This document shows positions 13,243-26,620 of a stretch of DNA of 64,000 bases, in pieces. Location of the stretch: positions 107,755,361 through 107,819,360 of the forward strand of contig NC_068987.1 in the NCBI RefSeq assembly GCF_001194135.2. Direction: 5' to 3'. How positions within the stretch are numbered: the stretch's first letter is position 1; each line of letters opens with the position of its first letter. The notes beneath the pieces are model-generated. The model was not told where the DNA came from, did no database searches, and worked only from the letters and a program-made list of their open reading frames with translations. The DNA is from Octopus bimaculoides (Eukaryota). Made by a program: the position numbers and the translations under genes.

Positions 13243-14870
13243 AAACTGGGTTTACATGTTCTTGTATTGATTACGCACAAAAATGTATTGTTTACAAAAT
13301 AAATACCAACGATAAACCGCAACAAATAAATAAGAACAAGTTACATAGAGAAAGCAACAGGAACCAACTTAAATCAGAACGAACGCAGTATATCATATGA
13401 ACCATGAAGGAAAATACAAAGAACTATAAAATCAATGCCCGGCGGGCCATCATTTATGAGGAGCCCCGAAACGCGGGTTTAATGCTATCACGCTACGTAG
13501 CACATGAGACAACAGGCGCGTTAGAAGCGCTGTTCGGTCAAAAGGTTAACATTCTACAAAGATGCGTTTTTCCTAATGCTAGCGTCCAGCAAAAAAAAAA
13601 GTGAATATATAAATAATGTAACAAAAAAAAAGGAAAGCAATTATTGCAAAGAAACAAACGGCTAAAAACAACATCTAGAAATATAATGTACATACTAAAC
13701 AGAGACTAACACACGCTAGTACCATAAAATAGACGCACAAGATCTGGAGAAGAAATAAATGAAGACGTAAGAAACTAGATTGAAGCACATTAGTGATGGA
13801 AATGCATATTTATAATAAATAAACGATAAAAAAAATATCAGCGGTACAGAAATTGAAAAGCAAAATGTAAACTCGTAAAAACAATACTCAGCGATAATAA
13901 AACGCAAGTTTTGATCACATACATAAAGCGGAAAAAATCCTAGAAATCAATGAAAGGAGCAAAACAGAACATAGTTCCCACAAAGTATCTCAGCTTTCGC
14001 AAATACAAAGGAAATAACATGAATTCAAGGACCACATTTAGTTGGTGAACCTTACAAATTACAAAACCGAAGCGACCATATATGAAAATGACAATTCCCC
14101 TCAGTCAAGCAAATATAGAGACAGGAGAATGTAATAGAAATCCAGAACGAGGTTTATTAATCAAACATGACCTAGCTAACAAGCAAATAGTCAAAAGAAA
14201 AAATGTAATCTCGATGGTACATACGTAATTATAAAGAGAATGAATACAAACACAAGAAAATAAGCTGAGTAAACATAGAGGAACACTTAAGAGAATCAAT
14301 AAAGGAAATAGGAAAATAACTGACTATAATAAAATCAATAAACCTGGATCAATAGAAAAATCTTGCGAACAAATAACTATCTTTATGAAATAATTGTAAA
14401 AAAAGAAGAAAAAAAAGAAAAAAACAGAAAAAATGTAAAAGAAAACGATCGGGCCTCTCGGAAGTAAACTAGAGCATGAAAAAAAATAAATTACCATCTG
14501 ATTTCCTAATTCATCATGGCCCTATAGAAAGAAAACTGGTTTTACCAATACTAGTGTAAGTTAATGCCCAGAGTCTATTTCATGTAATGTAATGTAATGT
14601 TTTAAAGAAACTGCGAGACACGCGAAGATAACCAAGCATTTTTTTTTTAACGTAACGTAACAAGCAAGGGGGATAACTTCGAAAAATCAATTATTGTCAT
14701 TAGACTCAGAGCAAAATGTCATTGAAGTGAACTGTTTAGGCTGGGAACCGTAAGAAAATTAACGGGCTATCTCAACTACTAGAAATAGCAGCCATCTCTC
14801 GGTAAATCGTTCTATACCGTTCTAAAAATGGACAGAGGAGGTAACCACCTCATTACTGTTTCTAGTATAC

Positions 14871-14996
<126 letters not shown>

Positions 14997-15030
14997 ATTG
15001 CGCTCTTCTTATAGCATTAACAATTTTTAA

Positions 15031-15103
15031 ACTCGCGGTCGGGGGATCGCGGTTTCGATTTCCAGACCGGGCGTTGTGTGTATTTATTGAGCGAAAATAC
15101 CTA
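15031..15103 (+). mobile_element. SINE family C head fragment
   Basis: ACTCGCGGTCGGGGGATCGCGGTTTCGATTTCCAGACCGGGCGTTGTG...GAGCGAAAATACC is homologous to the heads at 21367 and 60179. Confidence 0.85.
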
Positions 15104-16379
15104 TGACTGCGGATTCAATCCATCACTGAAGCTGTAAAAATCTGTAAAACTTTCCAGAAGTTTATCATTTAAATGTTTATGAGCATGTCTAGATATGCAA
15201 CTATATGCATGAGAATACATACATAAAGTAAAACATACAAATCTGCACACATGCATACATACATACATACCTACATACATACATACATACATACAAAAGT
15301 ACTCTGTTGATGTTGAAATTCCGACGAAGTAGCCTTGGATCTAGGTTAGAAACTGGTTCTTTCTCTGTTGGCAAGAAATCTTGAAATGAAACAGAATAAT
15401 GACATACACATCCAGGTTAAAAATTTACGTTTATACCAGAAATAACTGTTGCAGTTGGTTTTCGAAATAGATGCCTATATGTCAGTCTAGATAAGCTTTG
15501 AGTTTTCAGAAAAACATCAACCAACTAACGCGCACTTTACAAATACAATCTATAAGCGGAATGGTAAATCTCTGCAAGACTTTTCTCATGTTTGAAATGT
15601 AACCTTCTTCTCGTTACCAACATTTCGACGGTGGGCCTTTGTATCTCTGTTAGAAGCCAATTTCTTCTTCAAAGGAAGAATTTAAATAATTAAAAACAGA
15701 AGAGAATCATATATACATAGATACATTAAAACACACACACACACTCACTCACTCACACACACATACATGCATATATACATACATACAAGCGAATGCATAT
15801 ATTTTAGAGATTTGTACCTATGCAGCTGAAAGATTGCGTGGCAGTACATCTATTCGGCGAAGTTATAAATTAGCTGTCTGTTTTAGAAGTTTGTTCTATT
15901 AACTTCAGACAGGAAAAGTAATAATGTTTATTCTCATAAGCGCTATAATAATTATTAGAAATAAACTTTATCAGAAAAACAAATCTATTAGAATAATTAT
16001 GTAAATTAATATAGTATTTCTGAAAGAAAATATAAAATAAAATACATATTTTTCGTGACAAAACATCATAGGACAGAGGAATATTTTGTTTTATATTTAT
16101 TTGTTGATACAATTTTATGCGCGGCTGTTGTTCTTTTTTGTGTGAATGTGTATGTATCTTGATTTTCTGGAAGGTTTGTATGCGACAATTCTTATTCTTG
16201 GATCAACTGGAATTTCTTAGCATAATCCTAAAGCAGTTGACCAAAATATAGTCAATTCCAAAGCATTCTATGTATTTTTTTAATCTTATATATTAGTGAA
16301 ACAGAGCGAAACCTAGACTAAACGTAAAAAAAAATGCGTCCGGGCACACACGAGCACATGCAAACGCACACCACGCGCG

Positions 16380-16418
<39 letters not shown>

Positions 16419-16699
16419 AAACAACACGCGCGTATACACACACACACACAGACACACACACTCACACGTACATACTGAATGCGGATGTAACTGCCACCTA
16501 CTTGCCTCTTACCACTGTAGTGCTAAATCTTTGCATTTTACTATTGTATCTCTTTACTATTGTAAGTGATCATTAATATTTTTGTTACTTCTCATCTTTC
16601 ATTGTCCCTACTTCATCTCTCTCTCTCTTTCTTTCTCTCTCTCTCTCTCTTTCTTTCTCTCTCTCTCTCTCTCTCTCTCCCTCTCTCTCTCTGCATATG

Positions 16700-16734
<35 letters not shown>

Positions 16735-16874
16735 TTGGTGGTACAAGCCTATATATATATATATATATANNNNNNNNNNNNNNNNNNNNNNNNNNNNNNN
16801 NNNNNNNNNNNNNNNNNNAATGGCTGATCGACTCTGGCTACTGGAATTGAAACTAACACGACATTGTTGGAAGG

Positions 16875-18684
16875 CAGCTCAATTCGTTGTGAGTCAATTC
16901 TCCGAGATCGTAAGCAAATAGAAGAACAAATATTTGAATTAGTTCATTTTAAGCTTTGCTGTATTACATATTTACTTTTTCTTAAAATTTAAGATTGTGT
17001 GTAATTGCATTTAAAAAAATCATTTCGTTTCTTTTTTTTTTTTTTTTTGGTTTGGATCATATTTTTTCCATGACATTTTTTATACACAGGTTCATTTCTC
17101 TGTATTTTTCGTTTGGCTTGATTCTTCAATAAGTTTCTAAATGTTTTGATGACTAATATTCACTATGTTTTTCAGCGCACTGTGGTAGGCTTCTAAACTA
17201 TTTGTTGTACGAGTAATCCCCGTCATACATCGATCACAACCATTCCATATACATAATGGAAATGGAAGTTCAAGGTGTCGCCTCCTCTGTCGTCTTCCTC
17301 TAGGTGGTCCAATATAATCATTTTCAAAATAGGATACAACTGACTGTGGAATATCATCATCATCTACATGTTGTTCTTATCCATCTACAATATTATCAGT
17401 CGACAGGAATGCAAGGGCAACAAAACGCACTGCATCGTTAGTCTAAAACTGTCATCTTCGTGACATCTACATTTTAGTCCTTCTTGCACAAAATGTTTAT
17501 ACACATTTTGTCCCAAATGAAACAAGTACCATGCCATATTTCGATCCAGGAAACGATTCCAGAAGTCTGTTATGGGCTACTTTTTTCGAAATCCATAATT
17601 AATATTATAAAATCCATCATTCTGCAGGCATTAATTTATTTTGGCAGAAAGTCTTCTATACGTGTCTTGACTTTTGTCAGAGCAATGAGAACGATCGTGG
17701 GTACTAAAATTATCAATTTGAATATGAAGTATATATAAGTCAAAAATATACTAGAGCAGCACTTAAATGTCTTATCTGCAGCCCAGTTCCTGTGGTACTT
17801 TAACTGTCGAAGTGTTTCGTCATTTGCAAATATTAGAATTCATTTTGAATCTTTCATCTCGCTGTCATACTGTAAAATCGTTTCATCATTGTCAAAGTAG
17901 GAGTATTCACTTGGAATGGAAAACCGAAAATCTGTAAGTGGGGTGGCAGGATATTTGGCAGGATATTTGGAATCAGCTTGCCTCCAACGTCTAAAATTCC
18001 TATTAAGCTGTGCTAACAGATGTATTTGCGACAATGTACAGTCGTTTAAATTCTGAACTTCACTAGCGATAATTGAGCGAGGGCCATCACGAGATGAAAT
18101 AGACTTTACTTTAATATTATCCTTGCATTTAACTCTACAGCAGTTGAAGCGTGATTATGGATCCCAATCTTCTTCAGTTCTTTATAATTTTCATTTGTAT
18201 GAAGTCTCGCCTTGCACACACGATTTTCACACCTCCAGTATATCTTCAATACATCTGCATGCTGCTTATTTTTTGTGTATATATAATTCTCTTGATCGAC
18301 CACTTTGATTTTTCCTTTTTCTGAAGTTATGATCATGCAGGTAATCATGATGATGGGTAGGCGTATTGAATAAATTTAATTCGATTTCCTTGGAGATCTT
18401 TGTTCGCAAACAGTTCAGCGCAGATACTTAAGAGAGATAAAAGGGAGATTGAGAGGGAGAGAGAGTGAGGGGTTAAAGAAGGGAAAAAATATCTAAAACT
18501 GTCCAACGACAATTTGAATTCTAAAGTGATTGTTCTAAACTTGCCCACGAAAATCCCATTTAAGAGTATTTTGGGACGAATTAGCCAGCGACAAGTTGAC
18601 CTGGGGTTGAATTGATCAACGATGAATTCACTGGGGATAAATTAACCGACTGCGAAATAACCGAAGAGGAATTGTCCTAGCACC
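16875..18684 (-). mobile_element. Fossil Mutator-like (MULE) DNA transposon with subterminal 15-bp tandem subrepeats
   Basis: Right end 18575-18684 has seven copies of about 15 bp (consensus GAYGAATTGACC) ending GGAATTGTCCTAGCACC. Two inverted copies of the same motif lie at 16875-16904. A transposase pseudogene lies between them. Confidence 0.8.
17085..18348 (-). pseudogene. FLYWCH zinc finger + MULE DDE transposase pseudogene
   Basis: N-terminus YIYTKNK...IYWRCENRVCKARLHT...HNH (FLYWCH). Then, across stops and frameshifts: ILIFAN, WAADKTFKCC, LYILH, DKSQDTYRRL, IMDFEK, YLFHLGQNVYK, ALAFL, YFENDYIG, PFPLCIWN, RTTNSLEAYH, HQNI*KLIE, all canonical MULE motifs in order. Confidence 0.92.
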
Positions 18685-18799
18685 ATTTCTACTACCTAAA
18701 TACATATCATCATAGCATAGGTCAATGCAGCGACAACTCTAACACCGACTATAATAGCATATAACATACGCGCAACCATAGCGCTACAACCAGTATAAA

Positions 18800-18829
18800 C
18801 TAGAATACGAATATCCCGGCTTCCGAGGA
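18800..18829 (-). mobile_element. Isolated Helitron-like 3' terminus
   Basis: Minus strand reads hairpin TCCTCGG-AAG-CCGGGA, 10 nt, then CTAG|T. No matching 5' TC end was identified. Confidence 0.35.
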
Positions 18830-18889
18830 AGGTCGCAGTGCGGCTCAAACGAATGTTGATACTAGTAGCATTATTACTTCTAATGCTGA

Positions 18890-18934
<45 letters not shown>

Positions 18935-18936
18935 CA

Positions 18937-18972
<36 letters not shown>
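18890..18972. repeat. (ACT)n-(AAT)n compound microsatellite
   Basis: Directly visible. Confidence 0.95.
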
Positions 18973-18973
<1 letters not shown>

Positions 18974-19333
18974 GAGCCAATCCTCTAAACTTAAACTTAT
19001 CCATAGATAGTACATCGTCATCCCTTTCCACAACTTAGCCACGTCACTAATTAATTAATTACTTCAAATTCACCTTACTCTAATTAAGAATTCTAAATGA
19101 GACGAGATACTCATCCTGCCTTGGTTTTTCTTATCCTTTCTCCTCTAATATATACCTGATAACTCGGAAGCCTGCTACAGATTCCTAGCTACAGCTTCAG
19201 GTGTGATCTTGGAATCTAACAGATGGCCAATTATACCACTTACACACCGCACCTATTCGTTTAGAGCACCAGTGTACAAAACCCCTCATATTCTCTCTCT
19301 CCCTCTCCCCCCTCTCTCTCTGTATTTATATGC

Positions 19334-19373
<40 letters not shown>

Positions 19374-20476
19374 GGGGGGTGCGCGTGCGTGTTCTGCATC
19401 TTCATTGTGCGCCAGAAAATGGATTTGCGAAACTAAGGTGGAAGACACGACATATATAGGTCTGGTAGCATAGTTTGAAGTGAAAGATTGCACTGTCTCC
19501 AGCAGTGACAGTTGCTGCATATTAAAGATATATTCAACCACCTGCATTAGCGCCAGTGCTCGTTTATTTATGTATCACCTTAATCAACGAGTTCATTGAG
19601 TTCTCATAACCACCCATTCTACATTATCTATTTGATGTGAGAATCTTACCGACCATCCTCTCCATATAAATGCATCACTTCAACATCACATTTATTAGAG
19701 CTGTTTTCAATTATATGCTTAGTTTAGTTCACTTTTATCGTATAAGCAGATAAATAATTGGCCACCTTTGATGAAATGCTTGTTTCGATTTTTGAAACGC
19801 GATTACAAAAGTAGAATATGAAATTAGATTGTCATGAAAGAAATTGAAGTAAACCGATGTATAGGATCATCTGTTCGTCAAGTTTTTCAATCTTTGGTTT
19901 TGCTTCTCATAAACGTAACATTTGATTATTTCATTCTGACGTTCAGAGACGTTATAGTCAGATCTTTACAAGAATTCCCAAAGTTCCATATCACCAAAAT
20001 TAATTTTTTTGTGATAGGAATGTATTTGCTCATACACGCATGTACGTACGTATATATGTGTGCATACATATGAGTGTGTGTGTGTGTATGTCTATGCATG
20101 TCTGTGTGCGCATTGTATATATGTATGTGTGCATGTAGCATATTGCATAAAAAAAATTTGCTTTGAGATTGAAGAGCCAGCCGGTGAATTTTTCATATTT
20201 TAACTCATACTAATAAAACAATATCTCAGTAAATATTAGTTATGAATACATATTTACATACATACTTACTTACTTACGTATATATAATCATACACATATG
20301 CTTGTGTGTATACAGATCTATCTATGCATATGGGTATATACATATATATACATATTCATACGTATATGTATGTATATATGCATGCATATATATGTACACA
20401 TACACGTATGATTGCACACACACATGCTAACTGAATTTACCAACACATATATATCTAGCTAGCTAGCTAAATAAAT

Positions 20477-20510
<34 letters not shown>

Positions 20511-20892
20511 CACAGGCAGATATTTATAGTTATTCTACTTTTAGTAAAATTGAATAAAATAATAATTCTCACGTCTTGGAATAGGACGCGACCGAATATC
20601 ATGAGACAAAAATTTTGAAGAATAATTTGAACGTAATACTCAAGTCAGAGCTATTTAAAAAAATATGCTTTTCTTATAAATAAAAATTCAGAAACGTTGT
20701 GAGATATGAAGTTCAGCATCTTTTAATGGTGTAGCACTCGAAGCAGGTAAAGGTTAATACTCACAGCTAGTAGAGTATTGAGTTGCAAAACGCCTTGGAT
20801 GCAGAAAAAATTCAAGACAACCAGTGTGACTTGAACGCAGGTTTGTCCTTTTTTTTCACCTAATATTATACACCTTATTAGCTTTGTTAATG

Positions 20893-21025
20893 CGATGAGC
20901 TGGCAGAAACGGTCGACTTTACATATCACACATTTGGAAGTCGATAACATAAGTACCAGTCGAACACTGGGGTCTTCGTAATCGACCAGCAACAAAGATT
21001 TCAGGCCTTGTGCCTATAGTAAAAA
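20893..21025 (+). mobile_element. SINE family A, internally deleted
   Basis: GCGATGAGCTGGCAGAAACG joins directly to GTCGACTTT (B-box segment lost), then AAGTACCAGT...CTGGGGTC and tail TTTCAGGCCTTGTGCCTATAGTA. Confidence 0.8.
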
Positions 21026-21046
21026 TTATTATTTATAGCTCTGTCT

Positions 21047-21367
21047 TTTATTTTTATTTTTTATTTATGCGCCCTTTCAAAGCCTAGCCAGATTCCCGTT
21101 TTCTATGACGCACATGAACCCTCCCCACCCACCACCAGTTTGACGGGACGCTAGTCCATTGCAGCGTTACTCAACAAACAAGAAGAAAGAGTGAGAGAAA
21201 GTTGGGGCCAAAGAGTACAAAAGGGATCGCCACTACCCCCTGCCAGAGCCCAGTGCAGCTTAGGTGTTTTCGCTCAATAAAGACTCACAACGCCCGGTCT
21301 GGGAATCGAAACCGCGATCCTCCGACGGCGAGACCGCTGCTCCAACCATTGGGCCATTGCGCCTCCA
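21047..21367 (-). mobile_element. tRNA-derived SINE, family C head with tail type 2, full length with TSD
   Basis: Head TGGAGGCGCAATGGCCCAATGG...GGTTTCGATTCCC; tail CTGCAATGGACTAGCGTCCCGTC...GGGCGCA(TAAAA)n. 13-bp TSD TATAGCT(C/A)TGTCT at 21034-21046 and 21368-21380. Confidence 0.92.
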
Positions 21368-21619
21368 TATAGCTATGTCTAAGGCTGAAAAGTCTCTGCC
21401 ACTCCAAAGACAATGATAATTAGCAATACTTCCGGCTTTAAGAGTTCGATTCTGTCGGGGGTCATCCTTATCTTTCGGAATAGTTAAAAGGAAGTTGTCT
21501 TCTGGGTAAGATGTTATCGACTAGGCCTCTATTCTTAAAAAGTGCTGGCCTTGCTCTAGTATTTGGAACGAATTTAAAGAAACCTTATCCAGGGAGCAGA
21601 ATCTTAGTTGTATTTCTTT

Positions 21620-21775
21620 CGGCTTTACGTTCTGAGTCCGCATACTACTGAGGTCCTTTTCGACTTCAATCCCTTTTATTTTCAGGATCGATAAAACGAA
21701 TGCCAGTCAAGCAATAGGGTCGATGAAATCAAGTAGCCTACGCCACTTAAATTTCAGGACTTGTACGTGTATAGC
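21620..21775 (+). mobile_element. SINE family A, degenerate
   Basis: CTTTACGTTCTGAGT...GATCGATAAAA...GGGTCGATGAAATC...AAATTTCAGGACTTGT. Confidence 0.65.
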
Positions 21776-22293
21776 AAGGAAAAACATATTTATATCTTTG
21801 TCTTAGTTTGAACTCAGGCGAATAATGCTTGCATTACTTTGACAACACCCGATCTTTCGAAGGGGGGAAGAGAGAGAGAAAGAGACTGATACAATAAAGA
21901 AGCTGGAAAGAATAATAAAGAAAGAATATATGACAGAGAGAGAGAGAGACAGACGGAGACAGAGACAAAGAGATTGATAGCTAGTTAAATAAATGATTTC
22001 AGAGATCAAACTAGAATTTTGGATACAAGAAACTGAAAGGAAAATATTGAATGAAAAATGTTACATAAAATAAGAAAAAAATAACTGCAAAATTGTATGA
22101 AATAATCCACGGCATTCATAATGGAGTGAATGAACTGCAACTATGACGGAAAACAGCATAGAGATCTGAGAGGTTTTTAGTGTATATGTGTGTAAGATTT
22201 GTATGTGAGGTGTGCGTGTGGAGGGTTGTGAGAAGTTATCATGCAGGTGGTTTTGTGTACATATGTGTATCTACATCTTTATATACATAAGTG

Positions 22294-22336
<43 letters not shown>

Positions 22337-22446
22337 CACTTGCACTTCTGGTATGTATACACATATAAGTATGATGTATGTATATACGTATATGAATATA
22401 TCCTTATATATAAGTGTAGGTATACATACATAAATGTAGGCATCTC

Positions 22447-22477
<31 letters not shown>

Positions 22478-22618
22478 ATGCAGATATGTGATTGTATATG
22501 CAACCTACATGTATTCACCTGCACACATACGCATTTACAGGAATACAGGAATGTTTGTACGCATATGCATATATATGTGTATATATGTATATACATATAT
22601 ACATGTATATATGCACAC

Positions 22619-22657
<39 letters not shown>

Positions 22658-23554
22658 CGTACATACATATATATATATATATACATATGTATGTATGTGT
22701 ATGTGGGTGGTGTATACATGCAATCACATATATCTGCATGCATATATATACATACATACGTATATACATACGTACGTGCATTGTATGCGTAACCCCCCAC
22801 ACACACACACACATATATACAATTATATATATGCATCTATGTATGTGTGTATATATGTAGATTATATGTTTATATANNNNNNNNNNNNNNNNNNNNNNNN
22901 NNNNNNNNNNNNTATATAGATATGCATACATACATACGCATATATACGTACACATACTAATATATGTACACGAATTATGAATGAATGTATGAATGAAAAA
23001 TAATAAAACTCTGCAGTAAGCAGAAGCAGTTTGCAGACAGTTCTGCAGGTGGTTTTAAATTGCATTATACATATTATATTTTTTCATTTTCTACTTTGAA
23101 AATTTTATTTTACCATTTGTGGAGAATTCCCAAGTAGCGTTTCACATTTTCGAAACTGAAATTCTAAATTGAAAGAATATGGAAAAATCCAGCTCTTGTG
23201 TGGTGTACCACCTGATTTTTACTTTTATAGTTGCTGCTGTTATGTTTTAACATTTTACGAATTAAACCTATAAACAAATAAGGTCCAGCCGTGACCTTCC
23301 AGTCTTCTGTTTATTATTGCTTTGTAGATATATTCTCTTTGCAGCTGTATTATCTAAAGATAAATTTTCTAAGTTTTTTTGATTAATTTCACATAACCCT
23401 TCATAGTATAGTTTTCTGATCGAAGAGCTTCCAACTGGGGCCATCTCGCCTTTCTATGATTAGATTTCAAGCTGTGGTTTTCAGTGATTTTAAGGTGGTT
23501 ATATCTTTGTTGGAGTGATGATTGTTTTCTTTTCCCTCTTTGAACGGAAGTCTC

Positions 23555-24130
23555 AAATAATTAAGTCACCGCAAACTTCAACCAATGCCAGTCCTGTGCT
23601 AGTCTGCACAGTTCTGCAAAACTTTCGCCACCAGCTTCTTTAAAGTTATCGGTAATTCTGGTTTCATCTCTTCTTTTGTCATATGCCGCATCTCTTAACA
23701 GGAACTTGTCAACGACTTCTCTTCTAGATATATTGTTGGTGAAGCTCGATTCTCTTCTGATAGTATTTAACAGTCTTTCTTCGCGCTTTATCTTACCCAC
23801 TCACTAATACTTTTATCCGTCCAGCTTATCCTAGAAATGTGTCTAAAACACCATTGTTCAAATGCTTCGGTTTTCTATTTATCCATTTCGTTTATAATCT
23901 AGCATTCAACTCCATTAATTGCAATGTCGAATATCAATGATTTAAGGAATCATTTTTATTTGCTTGCAAGGAAATGATCGTATTCTTCCATATGTTCTTC
24001 AGTGATATCGTGACATTCCTTGATATGTCAGATGTTCTCTTGATTTCACGAGTACCATTGAAGAAATTGGATTTAAGAGAACCAAGGTACACACATTCTT
24101 TTACATTTTTGCCATTTTCATTGTTCATTA
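23555..24130 (-). pseudogene. RTE (BovB-like) LINE 3' fragment
   Basis: ECVYLGS...REIKR...IWKN...AFEQWCFRHISRISWTDK...ERLLNTI...ITDNFKEAGGESFAELCRLAQDW, a typical RTE RT C-terminus with stops and frameshifts. Confidence 0.88.
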
Positions 24131-25015
24131 TTTGTTGAGCTTTTAGTTGTTTTCATTACTTTTGTAGTTCAATATGTATTATATATTGTGAACGGCGGTA
24201 TTGTTTCTGATGTTGTTTCGGCATAAATTAACTCCCAGTCTAGCTGATCCATGTGCAAAGATGTAACATACGTGCATTTTTGGCTGTTTCTCTATAACCC
24301 TTTATCCTAATATTAATAAGCCTTTGTGTGTAATCTTAGGATAATTGGACTGTTTTCCTTCTAGCAAAACGATTGACCGTGTAGGTAATTTTTCAGTGAC
24401 TTGATGGTGATGTTGTCATTTTGTAGCTAGTTAGTTGCAGTAGACTTGTACCGAGCAGGCAACGACATCGACGCCGGTAATCTGTGGGCATAGCCGTCCG
24501 TATGCAAAGTGAGCACGATATTCCTTACAGCACGCAGAGTGCAAATTAGGTCGTTAAAAGTTTCCACGAAAAGAGGCTCGGTTTTAAGTGTTCTATTGGA
24601 GTAAATTATTATTCAAAACTAAAATAAAACGTTGGCACCAATTGCATAGATGCAGAGAATGTAAATTAAGGTAGGCTTTCCCATCGGAGTGATCCCATGA
24701 CTGCTGTGCAATTAAAAGGAGTATAAACAAAAGGCAAAATCAGCCCTATAAAGGTTCTGGTCAGGTATATAGACAACCCGCCATGTGGAGATGCTTGAAT
24801 GAAGGGAGAACTCCCTCAGTGCCGTCTATACACAACAATTTGTATCGGGATATCAAATGTATGAACCACAATCTGTGACCTGTGAAAGATAAAGCATGAA
24901 AGGTAATCCATTTTTATTCAGAAAAATGTGACATAAGAGATAGGCCATAAAAAAAGGCTCCATAATATGCGCATAGGCTAATCCATTCGAGATTGTGCAT
25001 TGTACTTGTGTGTAT

Positions 25016-25085
<70 letters not shown>

Positions 25086-25117
25086 GTNNNNNNNNNNTGT
25101 GTGTGTGTGTGTGTGTA

Positions 25118-25432
25118 GGTGTGTGGCTTAGTAGTTAGGATATTCGACTTACGATTGTAAGGTCGTGAGTTCAATTCCCGGTGACGTGTTGTGTCCTTGA
25201 GCAAGACACTTTATTTCTCGTTGCTCCCGTCCACTCAGCTGGCAAAAATGAGTAGTACCTGTATTTCAAAAGGCCAGCCATGTCACACTCTGTGCCATGC
25301 TGAATCTCCCTCAAAACTATGTTAAGAGTGCATATGTCTGTGGAGTGCTCAGCCACTTCCACGTTAACTTCATGAGCAAACTTTTCCGTTAATAGTATCA
25401 GCTGGAAACCTCGCCCTCGTAACCGACGGTGC
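25118..25432 (+). mobile_element. tRNA-derived SINE, family D head with tail type 1
   Basis: A box TGGCTTAGTAG, B box GAGTTCAATTCCC, central GTGTCCTTGAGCAAGACACTT. Tail 25255-25431 is homologous to the reverse complement of about 59805-59982. Confidence 0.9.
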
Positions 25433-25440
25433 GCTCCTTC

Positions 25441-25459
25441 ATATCTATCTATCTATCTG

Positions 25460-25536
<77 letters not shown>
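25441..25536. repeat. (TATC)n microsatellite running into gap
   Basis: Directly visible immediately after the SINE tail. Similar arrays at 34315-34480 and 61975-62150. Confidence 0.95.
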
Positions 25537-26414
25537 NNNNNNNNNNNNNNNNNNNNNNNNNNNNNNNNNNNNNNNNNNNNNNNNNNNNNNNNNNNNNNNN
25601 NNNNNNNNNNNNNNNNNNNNNNNNNNNNNNNNNNNNNNNNNNNNNNNNNNNNNNNNNNNNNNNNNNNNNNNNNNNNNNNNNNNNNNNNNNNNNNNNNNNN
25701 NNNNNNNNNNNNNNNNNNNNNATATATATATATATATACACATAGAAAGTCACTCGTGCCACGAGACGCAAACCGATACTTCTAATGTTGGGAGTGCATC
25801 CATGTGCAAATAAAGAACATCAATGAGATACTGGGGATACGTGAGAGGCTAATTAGTGTCGGTTCCTCTGCATCCCTTTCACCTCAGTTTCGACGTTCCA
25901 AACCAGACCTAATTTTCAGTTCAGTCTTCCCTTTTCCCACTTGCACCCATCCTAATACCTCTGGTAGCATCTCCCAAACATTCCAAATGCGCGATATACC
26001 CATCTCATCGGCCAGCATTTTCTATCAAGTATCTCTCTAAGTAACCACTTTTGCTGTGTAGCTTCCCATGTAAAATACATGCGTTTAAGTCGCTGTCGGT
26101 TTTTCAAGTTCTCAATAATTCAATTTTTACAGTTTAAATAAGGACGTTTTCTACTTGAAATATAATAATGAACTTAAGTAAGCATAATTCAGGGCCCATT
26201 ACAATACTAACAAGAAATAATTATATTTGCTTATGCAACGAGGAGAAAATATTATAACACAATAACCAATCTAATTTATAATTATTTCAGTGAGTGTGTG
26301 AGGTAAAATTACGAAATATTTATACTAAACTTACATTCGCATTTAGACAAGTTGATACTAACATGTTTAATGGAAAGTGAATTAAAATGCGTACTAGAAA
26401 TAGTAATGGTTTCA

Positions 26415-26620
26415 CATTTTGCAACAAGGGCAACAATATTGGGGTGGAGGCGAGTCAACCACATCAACCTGAGTTTTCAAGTAGTACTTATTTTATCGAC
26501 CCCGAAAGGATGAAAGGCTAATTCAACCTCGGCAGAATTTCACTTCAGAACGTAAAGACGGACCAAATAATGTTAGGTATTCTATCCAGCGAGCTAACTG
26601 CTTCGCCAGCAACCCGCCTT
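26415..26620 (-). mobile_element. SINE family A, full-length degenerate
   Basis: TACTTATTTTATCGACCCCGAAAGGATGAAAGG...CAGAACGTAAAGACGG...GCCAGCAACCCGCC. Confidence 0.85.

Noticed and set aside
18106-18348. FLYWCH ORF as a host transcription-factor gene
   Set aside because: It is collinear with a broken MULE DDE domain and transposon ends.
25800-25930. Minus-strand WNVET as the start of an APE endonuclease
   Set aside because: Only one short motif; the following residues do not fit.
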